In this document: positions 9,418 to 18,968 of the stretch, one piece after another
How positions within the stretch are numbered: position 1 is the first letter of the stretch
Layout of the letters: each line of letters begins with the position of its first letter
IMG/VR virus record: IMGVR_UViG_3300020037_002893
Reading direction: 5' to 3' (one strand)
Origin: an uncultured virus (IMG/VR IMGVR_UViG_3300020037_002893)
Taxonomy: Duplodnaviria > Heunggongvirae > Uroviricota > Caudoviricetes
Length of the DNA: 64,000 nucleotides
Notes under the pieces: generated by a model
Database searches by the model: none
Seen by the model: only the letters and a program-made list of their open reading frames with translations
Told to the model about the DNA's origin: nothing
Program-made: the position numbers and the translations under genes

Positions 9418-10285
9418 CGCTTCCGACCTGCTCCGGGCGTCCGGTGTATTCGGCTGAGCTCACCTCGATATTGACCCCCGCGAAGACCGTGCCGCTCGGA
9501 TCGTCGAACACCTTCCCGTAGGCGCGAAGATAGCGAATGGTTCCATCCACACGTATGATTCTGAAAACGGCCTCGTATTCTCCGCGCTCTGCTACGCACT
9601 TGTTGACCACTGCATTAAGCCAAGGGAGATCATCAGGATGGACCCTGCGTGAAAATGATCCGTAGTCCAGCACTTCTTCGCCCCCGACCTCGAAGAAGTC
9701 CTTCATCCGGGAGTCCCAGATAAGCTCGTCCTTGTCCACTTCCCACCACCACACGCCGACATGCGCGAGGTTAAGGGCAATGTCCATAATCTTGGACCGA
9801 GTGGTGATATTGTCCACGGGGGTAATGATGGCGAGGGCTCCGTCCTTTGCCCAGATAACCGTGTTGACTACCTGCTGGGTAGTCCCATCCTTCTTCTTGA
9901 CCTGACAAAAAATCTGCCGGAGCTGCCCACCGGAATCCCCTTCAATATCCCTGGCTCTGCTGTATGATGCCTTGTGTGACGCCACGTAAGCCTCTGGCAT
10001 GAGGACTTCCTCCGGGAGTTTTCCAATAAGCTCCTCGACGGTGTAGCCCGTAAAGGTAAGCACAGCAGGAGTGACCGTCTCAATCTTACCATCTGCGTCA
10101 AGGGTCAGAACGGCGCTATCGGACCCAACCAGAATGGAGCGAATCAATGTGTTCTGCCGGATGGCGCTCTCTGCCTTGTTCTGTTTACCTTGGATGATGT
10201 ATCCTAAAAAGGAGAGGAGAAGCACGGCTAGTCCATATAAGGTGATGGATATTGCTTTTCGGTAGTGACCTAAATCGAGGTGCAT
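9404..10285 (-). CDS. membrane-anchored tandem PAS-domain protein with no output domain
   Basis: N-terminal TM; PAS (DAVL.LD.DG.I...TGY..EELIGK...KKDG); PAS_3-like (VGVWWW......WD...VHPDD...FRI.R.DG.IRY). Confidence 0.85.
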   Translation of the reverse strand: MHLDLGHYRKAISITLYGLAVLLLSFLGYIIQGKQNKAESAIRQNTLIRSILVGSDSAVLTLDADGKIETVTPAVLTFTGYTVEELIGKLPEEVLMPEAYVASHKASYSRARDIEGDSGGQLRQIFCQVKKKDGTTQQVVNTVIWAKDGALAIITPVDNITTRSKIMDIALNLAHVGVWWWEVDKDELIWDSRMKDFFEVGGEEVLDYGSFSRRVHPDDLPWLNAVVNKCVAERGEYEAVFRIIRVDGTIRYLRAYGKVFDDPSGTVFAGVNIEVSSAEYTGRPEQVGSGATP

Positions 10286-10297
10286 GACGTGAATCGG

Positions 10298-10720
10298 TTA
10301 CTTGTCTTTATCCTTATTATTAGTAAACGCATTCAGGATCGCGGTCAACACGGCAACCCAGATGTCCCCGAACTTGGGACGCATAGCCTGTATGGTTGCG
10401 TCCAGTAGGGTGATTCCTCCGATTGCTGAGAAAAACGAGGTTCCGAGCACGTAGCCTAGGGGCATCTTGTCATAGAGCAAGAGGGCAATGGCTACCGATG
10501 CCAGCCCGTTAATTATCGCGGCGGAAAACACCATGCGTCCGGTAATCTTTTGCTTGCCCCTCATCAGGGCCGCGATACCTCCCACGGATGCCACAAGGAA
10601 AATCCCTCCGAACAAAAGCCATGGGGAAGAGACTTCCAAGGGAGGCCCGACTTTTTTCAGGGAGTCGATGGCCTGCTGTATATGGGGCACCTGGGGCTGC
10701 TGCTTAATATCGCGTAGCAT
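10298..10720 (-). CDS. small membrane protein, holin-like
   Basis: About three hydrophobic segments with a charged C-terminus. Confidence 0.5.
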   Translation of the reverse strand: MLRDIKQQPQVPHIQQAIDSLKKVGPPLEVSSPWLLFGGIFLVASVGGIAALMRGKQKITGRMVFSAAIINGLASVAIALLLYDKMPLGYVLGTSFFSAIGGITLLDATIQAMRPKFGDIWVAVLTAILNAFTNNKDKDK

Positions 10721-10764
10721 GACGTTGGATTCCTTCTAATGTTGGACACCTCCGTTCCTCGCGT

Positions 10765-13281
10765 CTACCTATTCCTGCGGCCCCGCTCCACCTTGCCTGG
10801 GTTCCCAATACTTCTCTGGACAGCATCAAGAGCATTCTGTGAAGGACCATCCTGCCCGGACATCTCCAGAGGAATCCGAGACTGATCCACGTAATAACCA
10901 TCGAGAAGTGGATTGTCATTGTCCTTCGCAAGTCCCATTGCCTCTCGAAGTTCATTCAGCGTCATTCCACCCATCTTGACCAAGCCCTCGTAATCGAGAA
11001 AGGTCTGCTCCACATCAATCAGGCCGGATAGCTCGTAGGATAGACGTTGCCCCGGATCGAACGCTTGGAACAGGGAGCGGTTTCCCTGGCTGTTGATCTT
11101 ACCAACAAGAATGTCCAGCAAAGGAACGATCTCGTATTTGCGAAAGTTAATCTCGTCCAACCTGGCCGTGTTGTGAGTGACAATCCCGCTGGCGATAAAA
11201 TTATGGTTCTTAATTGTGGCAAGGTCATAAACTAGCATCTTCCCAAGGTATTTGATGGCTCTCACCTTTTGAACCCCGAACCCTTTCGGGAGAGTAAAGC
11301 CCCTGGGTAACTTGTAAGCAATTGGGATTCCTTTTCCCAGCTTACCTCCCTTGGTTTCAGACTTGGTCAACCTGTCCAGCTTTTTAGGATGGCGCAAAGG
11401 AATCTTTTTATTTTCAGCAAGGATGCCTAATGTGAACCGATAGGATTTTTCCTCCCCGTAGTTAGTGGACTGTTCGCACAGAGCCAAATTGCAGGAGGGT
11501 ATCCCCATGGACCAAAGAAGCTGGCGGAAGCCCTCGGCCAGGCCTCGATTAGCCACTGAGAAGGTAATACTACCTCTCTTGGCTACGTGACCATCCGAAT
11601 CAATAAGCCCTGCGGCGAACTCCATCTTCAAGGCGTAAGGGAGCGCGAATACCCACTCTGGAATACTCTTCTCTCCGCTCCGTCCCCCAAGACCGGCAAT
11701 CACCATATTACGAGCGAACTCTGCGGAGTTAAAACGAATGGAGGTCCGGCATTTGCTTGGGTTGAAACCGAACCCTTTACGAAAGGCATCCGCTACAGTG
11801 TCTTGATAACCTTCTGTCTCATGCGTGGCGATAGTGAAGCCCCCAATACGTGAGCGAGTTAGGCTGGCCCCACTCCCGTCGCCAAGGTATTGACCAAGGG
11901 CATAGGCCGCTTCTCGATCATCTAGCACTGGGAGAGGGATGGTCCCGACCCCTTGAGGTAGAGAATCTAGGCAAACCACCATATCTCCCACGGAGATTTC
12001 GTCCATTCGTCGATACTCAAGCTCCGCCTCTACTCGGACCCCATTGCGCCCGGTTCCTCCAGTCCTTTTAACGCAGAGAACTGGGTGATTATCCGATGCT
12101 CTCAAAGACCGACTGTCCGTCTTGATCTCAAGAATCTCCGCCTCCGGCTGCTCTATGATCGCCTCCACGGGCACCGTGATAGCTCCTTCGATCGGATCAA
12201 ACTGAACGATCTCATCTCCAGTTTCAAGCTCCTCAATAGGAACTGGACCTCTCAAGGTAGTAACCATCTCCCCAGCCGGAAGGCACGCGTAGTTGGCCGC
12301 GTCCTTGATCCCAGCGAGGGAAAGAGGGACTCCATGATTCGTGAAGATTTGCTCCACGGACCATTTCTCCCGTTCAAGGGTTTCCATCTCCGAGCTGGTA
12401 AGCCCGAGACGTAGATACTTCCACGCGCCGGGAAGCATGACTGTCTTCCCGGCATTGCTGGCCCCGGAATATTCCACCTGCCACCATTTTTTCATCTCTC
12501 CCCAAGTTTCATCTTCGATGTCGGCCAGCTCTGCTGGAGCTTCCTGCGAGCCTTCGTAGGTAAGGACGCCGGAAGGCATGGCCCCGTTCTTGAGAAACTG
12601 CTTCTCATAATCATTCCTCCCTACGAAGCCTGTGTAAAGATCGCGGCTGGGTTCGATGTCTCCCATCCCGCTAATCAAAGAGGCTGGATTCGGCCTGCGA
12701 AAATAGAGGATTTCCTCCGGCTGGTATTCAATCTGCCTGCCGTTGATTCGATAGATGAACTTCGTGATGCGTTCCGTTTCCTCTGCTACCGGGAAAACGT
12801 ATTGCGGAAGGAGCGGGTAAATGTGCTTCGGCCTTCCCTTGGCGTCGATCTCGTCAAGGTGCCAGTAAGCCTCCCCGGTCAGCTTCATGTGAAAAACCCA
12901 AGTGTAGAGAAGCTCCTCCAAGGAGTCCCACTCGTTGGGGTTATTCAGGAGAGCTAACCCTTGCGAGTTTTCCACGTCCACGTCCTCTCCTTGGGCATCC
13001 TTGCCCATTGCCTTGAAAACTGTCGAGAGGAGGATGGACGCAGTGACGTGGCACGCTCGAAAAGTCGCCCAGACTTTTTGGTTCCCCATCTTGAGATAGG
13101 ATGCCTTATCGGCTAAGCCCATAAGGGGAATATTGTGAATCGTCTCGATAAACCTGTGAGCCTTCTGGTGAGGGATAGGCACGGCCAACGCAGCTTCCTT
13201 CGCATTGGCGAACAAAGCCATCGGCTGGCGCTTCACTTCAAGGAGTTGTTTCATCGTGGACATGCCGTGAAGGTGCGACAA
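10765..13281 (-). CDS. portal protein (HK97-like) containing an intein
   Basis: LL..PN, GEAYW, PL.P..V, F.KNGA.PSGVL, G..NAGK..L and MT.NE.R..MGL motifs; follows the terminase. Confidence 0.92.
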   Translation of the reverse strand: MSHLHGMSTMKQLLEVKRQPMALFANAKEAALAVPIPHQKAHRFIETIHNIPLMGLADKASYLKMGNQKVWATFRACHVTASILLSTVFKAMGKDAQGEDVDVENSQGLALLNNPNEWDSLEELLYTWVFHMKLTGEAYWHLDEIDAKGRPKHIYPLLPQYVFPVAEETERITKFIYRINGRQIEYQPEEILYFRRPNPASLISGMGDIEPSRDLYTGFVGRNDYEKQFLKNGAMPSGVLTYEGSQEAPAELADIEDETWGEMKKWWQVEYSGASNAGKTVMLPGAWKYLRLGLTSSEMETLEREKWSVEQIFTNHGVPLSLAGIKDAANYACLPAGEMVTTLRGPVPIEELETGDEIVQFDPIEGAITVPVEAIIEQPEAEILEIKTDSRSLRASDNHPVLCVKRTGGTGRNGVRVEAELEYRRMDEISVGDMVVCLDSLPQGVGTIPLPVLDDREAAYALGQYLGDGSGASLTRSRIGGFTIATHETEGYQDTVADAFRKGFGFNPSKCRTSIRFNSAEFARNMVIAGLGGRSGEKSIPEWVFALPYALKMEFAAGLIDSDGHVAKRGSITFSVANRGLAEGFRQLLWSMGIPSCNLALCEQSTNYGEEKSYRFTLGILAENKKIPLRHPKKLDRLTKSETKGGKLGKGIPIAYKLPRGFTLPKGFGVQKVRAIKYLGKMLVYDLATIKNHNFIASGIVTHNTARLDEINFRKYEIVPLLDILVGKINSQGNRSLFQAFDPGQRLSYELSGLIDVEQTFLDYEGLVKMGGMTLNELREAMGLAKDNDNPLLDGYYVDQSRIPLEMSGQDGPSQNALDAVQRSIGNPGKVERGRRNR
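11170..12285 (-). mobile_element. 372-aa intein with in-frame LAGLIDADG homing endonuclease, in the portal gene
   Basis: Starts CLPAGEMV; block B ASDNHP; LGQYLGDG and AGLIDSDG motifs; ends VYDL...HNFIASGIVTHN followed by Thr. Confidence 0.95.
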
Positions 13282-13335
13282 ATAAAGGGGGTGTCAACCG
13301 GGACGATTTGAAAACGTTTGCAAACTGGAAAAGAT

Positions 13336-14928
13336 TTAATCAGTCTCCTCTTCCTCCTCTTCCTCCTCCTCGTCCTCTTCCTGTCCGTCCCCTTCCCTAG
13401 CTTCCTTGCTGAACTTATTTCTGGCCAAGCGTCCCAGGGAGCGTGTGACCATCTCGAAGGCAATGCTGACTGCGTCAACTTGGTCATCATGTTCTCCCAC
13501 GGGAAACACTTCCAGCTCGTCGAGAAATTTCTTGTTCCATGCACCCTCCACAAGGAAGACTCGCTTGGCTTCCACAAGCACGAACCACGACATGGCGCGA
13601 GTCAGTTTATCAACTCCCTTCTTCGGGTTCTTCTTCCTGACTCTTACCTTGCCCCGCAGTGCCTCCTTGATGTCGTGATACCCGAGGGCGAAGCCTGCCA
13701 CGCCTTCCACGCCTATTAAGCGAACCGGATGGGGCTCTCCCTCCTCGATGTCATCCTCTGCAATCGTGACTAGACGCTTTCTCATCTTGGGCCACACCAG
13801 CTTGTGATGCGCTATGTCCATGATGTAAAGCTCCTGCCGTGCCACGTCCCATGCCAGCTTAGCTCCTGCGGAAAAATCATTCTTCTTCTTCACCTCCGCA
13901 GCCAAGTCCCATCCTCTTGCGCAGATGAGCCCCGACGTGGGAACCTGTGAAAGAGGGATCTTGATGAAGTCCTCTATGCTAACCTGACCCCCGTGCGCTG
14001 GGCGTGGCCTTCCCTGGAACTGGCTTTGCCACTCGTAATCCGGGAGGGTTGATCTCTTCGTCTTGAGGAACTTTGATGTTCTCCCAAGCTCCGGGCACAG
14101 GGGTTCCCCTTGCCCTCTCCCTAACGGGTCCGGCTCTTTTGGTGTGGGTTCCGCTATTGCCGGAAAGTTGTGAGCCTTGAACACCTCTCCGAGTTCCCCA
14201 AGCAGGGTAAGCTCCTTGACTCTTTCTTCTGAGCTGAGAAACCCTTGAAGATCCTCCGGGTGCCACCTTGTCCCGACCATGAAGACCTTGGCTTCCGGGG
14301 ATAGACGGGTGACACAGTCGGCAAAGAACCATCGAAGGACTTTCTTCCTCAGATGTTGGCTCTCCACCTCTTCACGTCCGGGGTAAATGTCATCTCCGAT
14401 GAACCAGTCAACTCGTCTACCGACAAGCTTCTTCCCAAAGGACACAGCGCGAAGCCTGCTCCCGTTCGTGGTTCCCCAATTCGTGATTCGGCACAGCTCC
14501 TCATCCATCCGAAGGCCAGGAAAGACCTCCTGATACCACGGGTGGCTGACATACCTCCTGGACTCCATCGAGGTTTCCTCCACCAGGGGGTAATGATACG
14601 ATGCAAGCCCTAGTTGGATGCCTGGACGATACCCCATGAGCCAAGCCATCGCGGCTCGAATCAACACATCCGTCTTCCCATGCTGAGGAGGAGCGGACAA
14701 CATCTGGTTGTTCGGTGTCTTTCCCTTGGCAGTGTCATCCACAATCTGAGCGAGTGCTTCATGGAACTTTCCAAGCACGCGGAAGGACTCGGGGCGAAGT
14801 CCGAAGAGAGTATAGAAGGCCACAAAGTCCTTGCCCGCGATGTTGACCAACTCCTTGAACAGACTACCAAGGACAAGGCTGGCATCCTCCATCACATCGG
14901 AGCGCCATTGACCGTCAGTATTCGTCAT
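13336..14928 (-). CDS. terL: terminase large subunit
   Basis: Walker A APPQHGKT, Walker B FIGDD, GTRWH..D, nuclease GWDLA and HDDQVDA; poly-acidic tail. Confidence 0.93.
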   Translation of the reverse strand: MTNTDGQWRSDVMEDASLVLGSLFKELVNIAGKDFVAFYTLFGLRPESFRVLGKFHEALAQIVDDTAKGKTPNNQMLSAPPQHGKTDVLIRAAMAWLMGYRPGIQLGLASYHYPLVEETSMESRRYVSHPWYQEVFPGLRMDEELCRITNWGTTNGSRLRAVSFGKKLVGRRVDWFIGDDIYPGREEVESQHLRKKVLRWFFADCVTRLSPEAKVFMVGTRWHPEDLQGFLSSEERVKELTLLGELGEVFKAHNFPAIAEPTPKEPDPLGRGQGEPLCPELGRTSKFLKTKRSTLPDYEWQSQFQGRPRPAHGGQVSIEDFIKIPLSQVPTSGLICARGWDLAAEVKKKNDFSAGAKLAWDVARQELYIMDIAHHKLVWPKMRKRLVTIAEDDIEEGEPHPVRLIGVEGVAGFALGYHDIKEALRGKVRVRKKNPKKGVDKLTRAMSWFVLVEAKRVFLVEGAWNKKFLDELEVFPVGEHDDQVDAVSIAFEMVTRSLGRLARNKFSKEAREGDGQEEDEEEEEEEEETD

Positions 14929-15511
14929 CGTCGTAATGATCGTCTTCCTCTTCCCTGTCTGATGCCCGCCTCTCAGGAGCCTGCACAAGAGGAGAGTCGG
15001 CATCAAGGGTGGATTCCCCTGAGTCTTTGAGGCGCTGTGCTAGGCGAGCAGCCAACGCAGCCAAGTAGCCAAGAGGAACCTTCTCTGCAATCTCCGTGAT
15101 GGAAGGCCCTCGGACCTGTATGGGGCCACCTCCGGCCCCAGTCAACTCGGTCTGCGTAATTCCATACCCTCTATCCTTCCCCTTTGCTGCCATGATGATG
15201 TGGGCGGCTCTAACGTTGCCCTGCGAGGCTGGCTCAATAAGCCCCTTGAACTCGATATGGTCGAGTGCCTTGTCCTTCGCAAGAGCTACCCTTCTAGCGT
15301 AAGCCGGGTATCGGTGCATCCAGTCGTGGTGCGTCCTCTGTGGGAGCTTCGCCATCTCCAACGCAAGGTATAGACATCCCCCTGTCTTGCGGAGAGCGGC
15401 ACACATGGCACGCATCCTATTCTTGCGATCAGTGTAAGACTGCGCATATTGCGACTCGTCCCTCTCCGCCTGGGTAGGAGGCCCCAACTTAATCTTTCTC
15501 CTTCCAGCCAT
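14915..15511 (-). CDS. terS: terminase small subunit
   Basis: HTH-like N-part, GKDRGY and ELTG.GGGPI motifs; overlaps the terL start. Confidence 0.75.
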   Translation of the reverse strand: MAGRRKIKLGPPTQAERDESQYAQSYTDRKNRMRAMCAALRKTGGCLYLALEMAKLPQRTHHDWMHRYPAYARRVALAKDKALDHIEFKGLIEPASQGNVRAAHIIMAAKGKDRGYGITQTELTGAGGGPIQVRGPSITEIAEKVPLGYLAALAARLAQRLKDSGESTLDADSPLVQAPERRASDREEEDDHYDDDEY

Positions 15512-15516
15512 GGTAG

Positions 15517-16194
15517 CTATTCCTCCCTTTCAAGTATCCACCCGCAGAACTCTCCCATCTGAAAAAACTTGCGTGTAGGCGGGAATATTACACTAAAATC
15601 CAGCTCGTTCAAGGGTCGTTGATACCCTGCGAGGGACAGTTCTTTCCGTAAAATATCCTCTGGAGGGGTTCCAGACCTAAGTTTCCAGTCCATAGTCAGT
15701 CTACGCAGTGCAGTTCCCACATACCCTGGAGGCGTGTTAATTTTATCCACCACCACCAGTGCCCCTCCTGGTTTAATCTTCTGTGTAAGCCCACGAAGCC
15801 ACGTTAGCCTTTCTCCGGGTGGCATGAACATTAGAACAAGAAAACACACAGCAAAATTAAATGGCTGGTAGGCATAGGAAAGGGCATCCGCCACCACTAT
15901 CGTTCCCGGCCCATGATATAGACTAGCCATCTCAGCTTCCTTCTCAATGGAAGTAAGTGATGCCTCCCTGTTTCTCACCGTGGACTCCAGGCATCTTGCT
16001 ATGTTTCCTGTGGAAGCTCCAATGTCATAAACAATTCCATTGGTAGGAATATAGTGTCTCCCGAAATGAGCCACGGACTCTGTCACTAAATCATACCAGG
16101 GAAGCTGCTCCCTTACATGGGCGTCGAAATTCTCAGCCACCTTGGTGTCGGCAAAGGTCCAACTTTCTGGTATCCAGCTTTTCTTGTCATTCAT
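15517..16194 (-). CDS. CmoA-like class I SAM-dependent enzyme
   Basis: W.F...VA..FD.HVR.Q.PWY, VYDIGASTG, L.F, GGALVV.DK and K...G....I..K pattern as in carboxy-SAM synthase CmoA. Confidence 0.75.
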   Translation of the reverse strand: MNDKKSWIPESWTFADTKVAENFDAHVREQLPWYDLVTESVAHFGRHYIPTNGIVYDIGASTGNIARCLESTVRNREASLTSIEKEAEMASLYHGPGTIVVADALSYAYQPFNFAVCFLVLMFMPPGERLTWLRGLTQKIKPGGALVVVDKINTPPGYVGTALRRLTMDWKLRSGTPPEDILRKELSLAGYQRPLNELDFSVIFPPTRKFFQMGEFCGWILEREE

Positions 16195-16198
16195 AACT

Positions 16199-17560
16199 TC
16201 AATCTTTGGTAAGGTATCCGAATGTCTGTCTAATCACAGAGTTGTAAAACCGTGTGGGACTCTCACATAAAAGTAGCGCCTTACTTGCGGACCCTGACGC
16301 ACCTTGGAACGTCTCCTTGTCCCTTCGTATAATATAGTCCGGCACAACCCCTGCCGCAGCCTGCTTTAGTAGCCGCTTACCCAGAGGAGACGTTGACCCA
16401 CCCAAATTAACAGCCTCTTCCACCAGCTCCCTGTCCATAAATGGCAACCTACATTCAACGCCATGCGCCATGAACGCCTTGTTGCATCTTATGAAGTTTC
16501 CCCTGCTCATCTTATCCAAGAGTTTTTTCCTAAGATTAACCACCACCTTGTCCGGTTTTTTGGATGCTTGGATACAAAAATTTCCATACCCTCCGAATAA
16601 TTCGTCTGCCGCCTCGCCGGACAGACATGCCTTAAATCCATCAGAGGATATTCTGCTGGCCAGAGGAATACACATGGCCGCAATCTCCACTTGAGCCTTG
16701 CTTGGGATCTCAATACACTTGGCAGCTTCTACAAACGCAGCTTTACTCAAACTCACCTTGACCTCATTCAGGGGAACTTCCCACTCAGAGCAGAGTCTCC
16801 GAGCAGCCTCTAAATCACACGACGAGGGATCTTCATAAGCAGTATATGCTACCACGTTAGGATGCGAAGCCCTTGCCAATCCAAGGATAAGGGAGGAATC
16901 AAGCCCTCCTGAAATTAGACAACATACTGGAGCGTCTGCATCCATACGCGCACGCACCCCCCTATCGAGGTGGCTTAGTATACCCTGTGGTCCTGTAAAC
17001 CCACTATTCGCATCCGGCAGCGTATACCACCTCTCCCATGTCCCCTTATTAAGGTTGAATGAACAACCTGGAGGAACAGCCAAGGGCATCACCCCATGGG
17101 GGAATGCTTTACGCTCACTCCCCCATAGAAATCCTTTACGAACCTTTGCCACATAGAGAGGTATCTTCCCGAACCTATCTCTCACTAACCATGATTGACC
17201 TCTGTGCGTCCAGCAGAAAGAGAACATCCCCTCTACCATGTGCAACCCCCTTAATCCCTGTGTGTCCAGTATCCTCAGAAGAACTTCCGTGTCCCCTGTG
17301 GTGTCCCAATTCCCTCCCAGCATCTTCCTTAATTCCCTGAAATTCCATACCTCACCATTGAAAGTGAGCGTGGACGAAGGCGACTTGAATGGTTGCGCCG
17401 AAGCAGAGGTAAGGTCCACGAGAGAAAGTCTCGCATGGCCATGAACTACACTCCCGTCAGTGTGTATACCCTGCCCATCTGGCCCACGATGCTTGATTTT
17501 CTCAAGCATCTGTTCAGTCAGATTTTGGTCAGAAAAGTTATTCCCTACTATCCCGCACAT
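16199..17560 (-). CDS. asparagine-synthetase-like glutamine amidotransferase / ATP-dependent amide ligase
   Basis: MCGI, HRGPD, NGE..N, RDRFG.IPLY, SGGLDSS, SGE.ADELFGGY and E.RLPF.D motifs. Confidence 0.92.
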   Translation of the reverse strand: MCGIVGNNFSDQNLTEQMLEKIKHRGPDGQGIHTDGSVVHGHARLSLVDLTSASAQPFKSPSSTLTFNGEVWNFRELRKMLGGNWDTTGDTEVLLRILDTQGLRGLHMVEGMFSFCWTHRGQSWLVRDRFGKIPLYVAKVRKGFLWGSERKAFPHGVMPLAVPPGCSFNLNKGTWERWYTLPDANSGFTGPQGILSHLDRGVRARMDADAPVCCLISGGLDSSLILGLARASHPNVVAYTAYEDPSSCDLEAARRLCSEWEVPLNEVKVSLSKAAFVEAAKCIEIPSKAQVEIAAMCIPLASRISSDGFKACLSGEAADELFGGYGNFCIQASKKPDKVVVNLRKKLLDKMSRGNFIRCNKAFMAHGVECRLPFMDRELVEEAVNLGGSTSPLGKRLLKQAAAGVVPDYIIRRDKETFQGASGSASKALLLCESPTRFYNSVIRQTFGYLTKD

Positions 17561-18762
17561 CTGTCCAAGATTCCTTTCACATGATTGGCAATGTGCATCA
17601 TCATCACCGGAGGAACAGACCTACCAAGCCGTTCCCACTGTTGGGAGAAGCTCCCGGTTAATTGGAAATCATCAGGGAACGCACAAAGTCTCTTTAACTC
17701 TATTATGTAGAATTTTCGTTTTTCTGTAGGGTGTGTTACTCCTGCTTTATTTCCTGATCCATGAGACGCGCATATAGTAGGGCATGGACGGTCCCTGTGT
17801 GATCTTGTCAAGTTAATATATTTATCCGAGCCTTCCCCCTCTTTCAAGTTGTCCCACTCCTTACCAATGGCATACCTCTCCATAGAACATGCGCGAAGTT
17901 CTTCCTCTGTGGGGACGGGGACACCTATATGGTGATGTCCCATGGAGTTGGCCGTAATTGTTGGGGCTGTGGAAGATCCAACATCCACCGTCTTTACTGC
18001 ATATTTCCCCTTCTGATCGTGAATATACGCATCCTTGATATACCCCCTGTTAAGCCAGGGGAGCGCGTCTGCTACAGTGTGGAAATAGGGCAAGGGGGAT
18101 GGGTGGGATGGCTCTATGCCCATATCGTTCCTTACTCCCACAAATATAAGCCGCTGCCTTGATTGTGGCACTCCAAGCCACTTGGCGTCTAACACGCGAG
18201 CAGAAACTCTATACCCGCAGTCTTGGAGTCTTTTGAGAATCTCCTTGAAATACCCCTTGGCCACCCCTTTCACCAAGCCGCTGACATTCTCGGCAATGAA
18301 TGTCTTTGGTTGGAGTCCTTCCAGTATTCTGGAATATTCAAAAAATAAATCATCCACCCTCTGTTTAGAATCAGAATAGCTCTTCACTGTTCCCCATCCA
18401 TCACTTCGCTTCCCTACTGTGGAGAACGCGGCACAAGGGGGCGACCCATCAAGTAGGTCAATTTCTCCGGCATTTTTTCCTAGGATGTCCAGTATCTCCT
18501 TTGGTTGAATCTTCCTAATGTCCCGCTTGTCCAGTATCGTGCTCGGATGATTCGCCACATAGGTATCCTGAGCTGCCGGGATAAACTCATTGGCCCATGC
18601 GACGTTAAATCCAGCCATGCGATACCCCAAACAGGAACCCCCACATCCTGAAAATGTAGATACCACATCATATCCATTTTTGGGAAGAGCTTCAATCTCT
18701 GCCATAGATGGTATCTTATAGGGCGGTTTGGTTGCTGCTGTCTTATCTTCCTGTGTTTTCAT
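17548..18762 (-). CDS. DNA cytosine-C5 methyltransferase family protein
   Basis: FSGCGG, GSPPC, ENV.G, PQ.R.R and C-terminal FPDDF...Q..G.SVPP motifs. Confidence 0.92.
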   Translation of the reverse strand: MKTQEDKTAATKPPYKIPSMAEIEALPKNGYDVVSTFSGCGGSCLGYRMAGFNVAWANEFIPAAQDTYVANHPSTILDKRDIRKIQPKEILDILGKNAGEIDLLDGSPPCAAFSTVGKRSDGWGTVKSYSDSKQRVDDLFFEYSRILEGLQPKTFIAENVSGLVKGVAKGYFKEILKRLQDCGYRVSARVLDAKWLGVPQSRQRLIFVGVRNDMGIEPSHPSPLPYFHTVADALPWLNRGYIKDAYIHDQKGKYAVKTVDVGSSTAPTITANSMGHHHIGVPVPTEEELRACSMERYAIGKEWDNLKEGEGSDKYINLTRSHRDRPCPTICASHGSGNKAGVTHPTEKRKFYIIELKRLCAFPDDFQLTGSFSQQWERLGRSVPPVMMMHIANHVKGILDRCAG

Positions 18763-18968
18763 CAGTTTGCTAAGCAAGGAATACTGTGAACAGTTCACCC
18801 CCCCCTATGCCTCCAGCACAGATGCACGGAGACGGTTCAGTCAACAAATTGGTGTCCTTATATTCTCCGGTAACAGGAGTTTTAAGCCGAAGCACTGGAA
18901 CGAAATACTGTCCTGTAGCGTCGTCTTTCATCACAATTTCATAATGGGATCTCCCCTATAAGCCCCAC

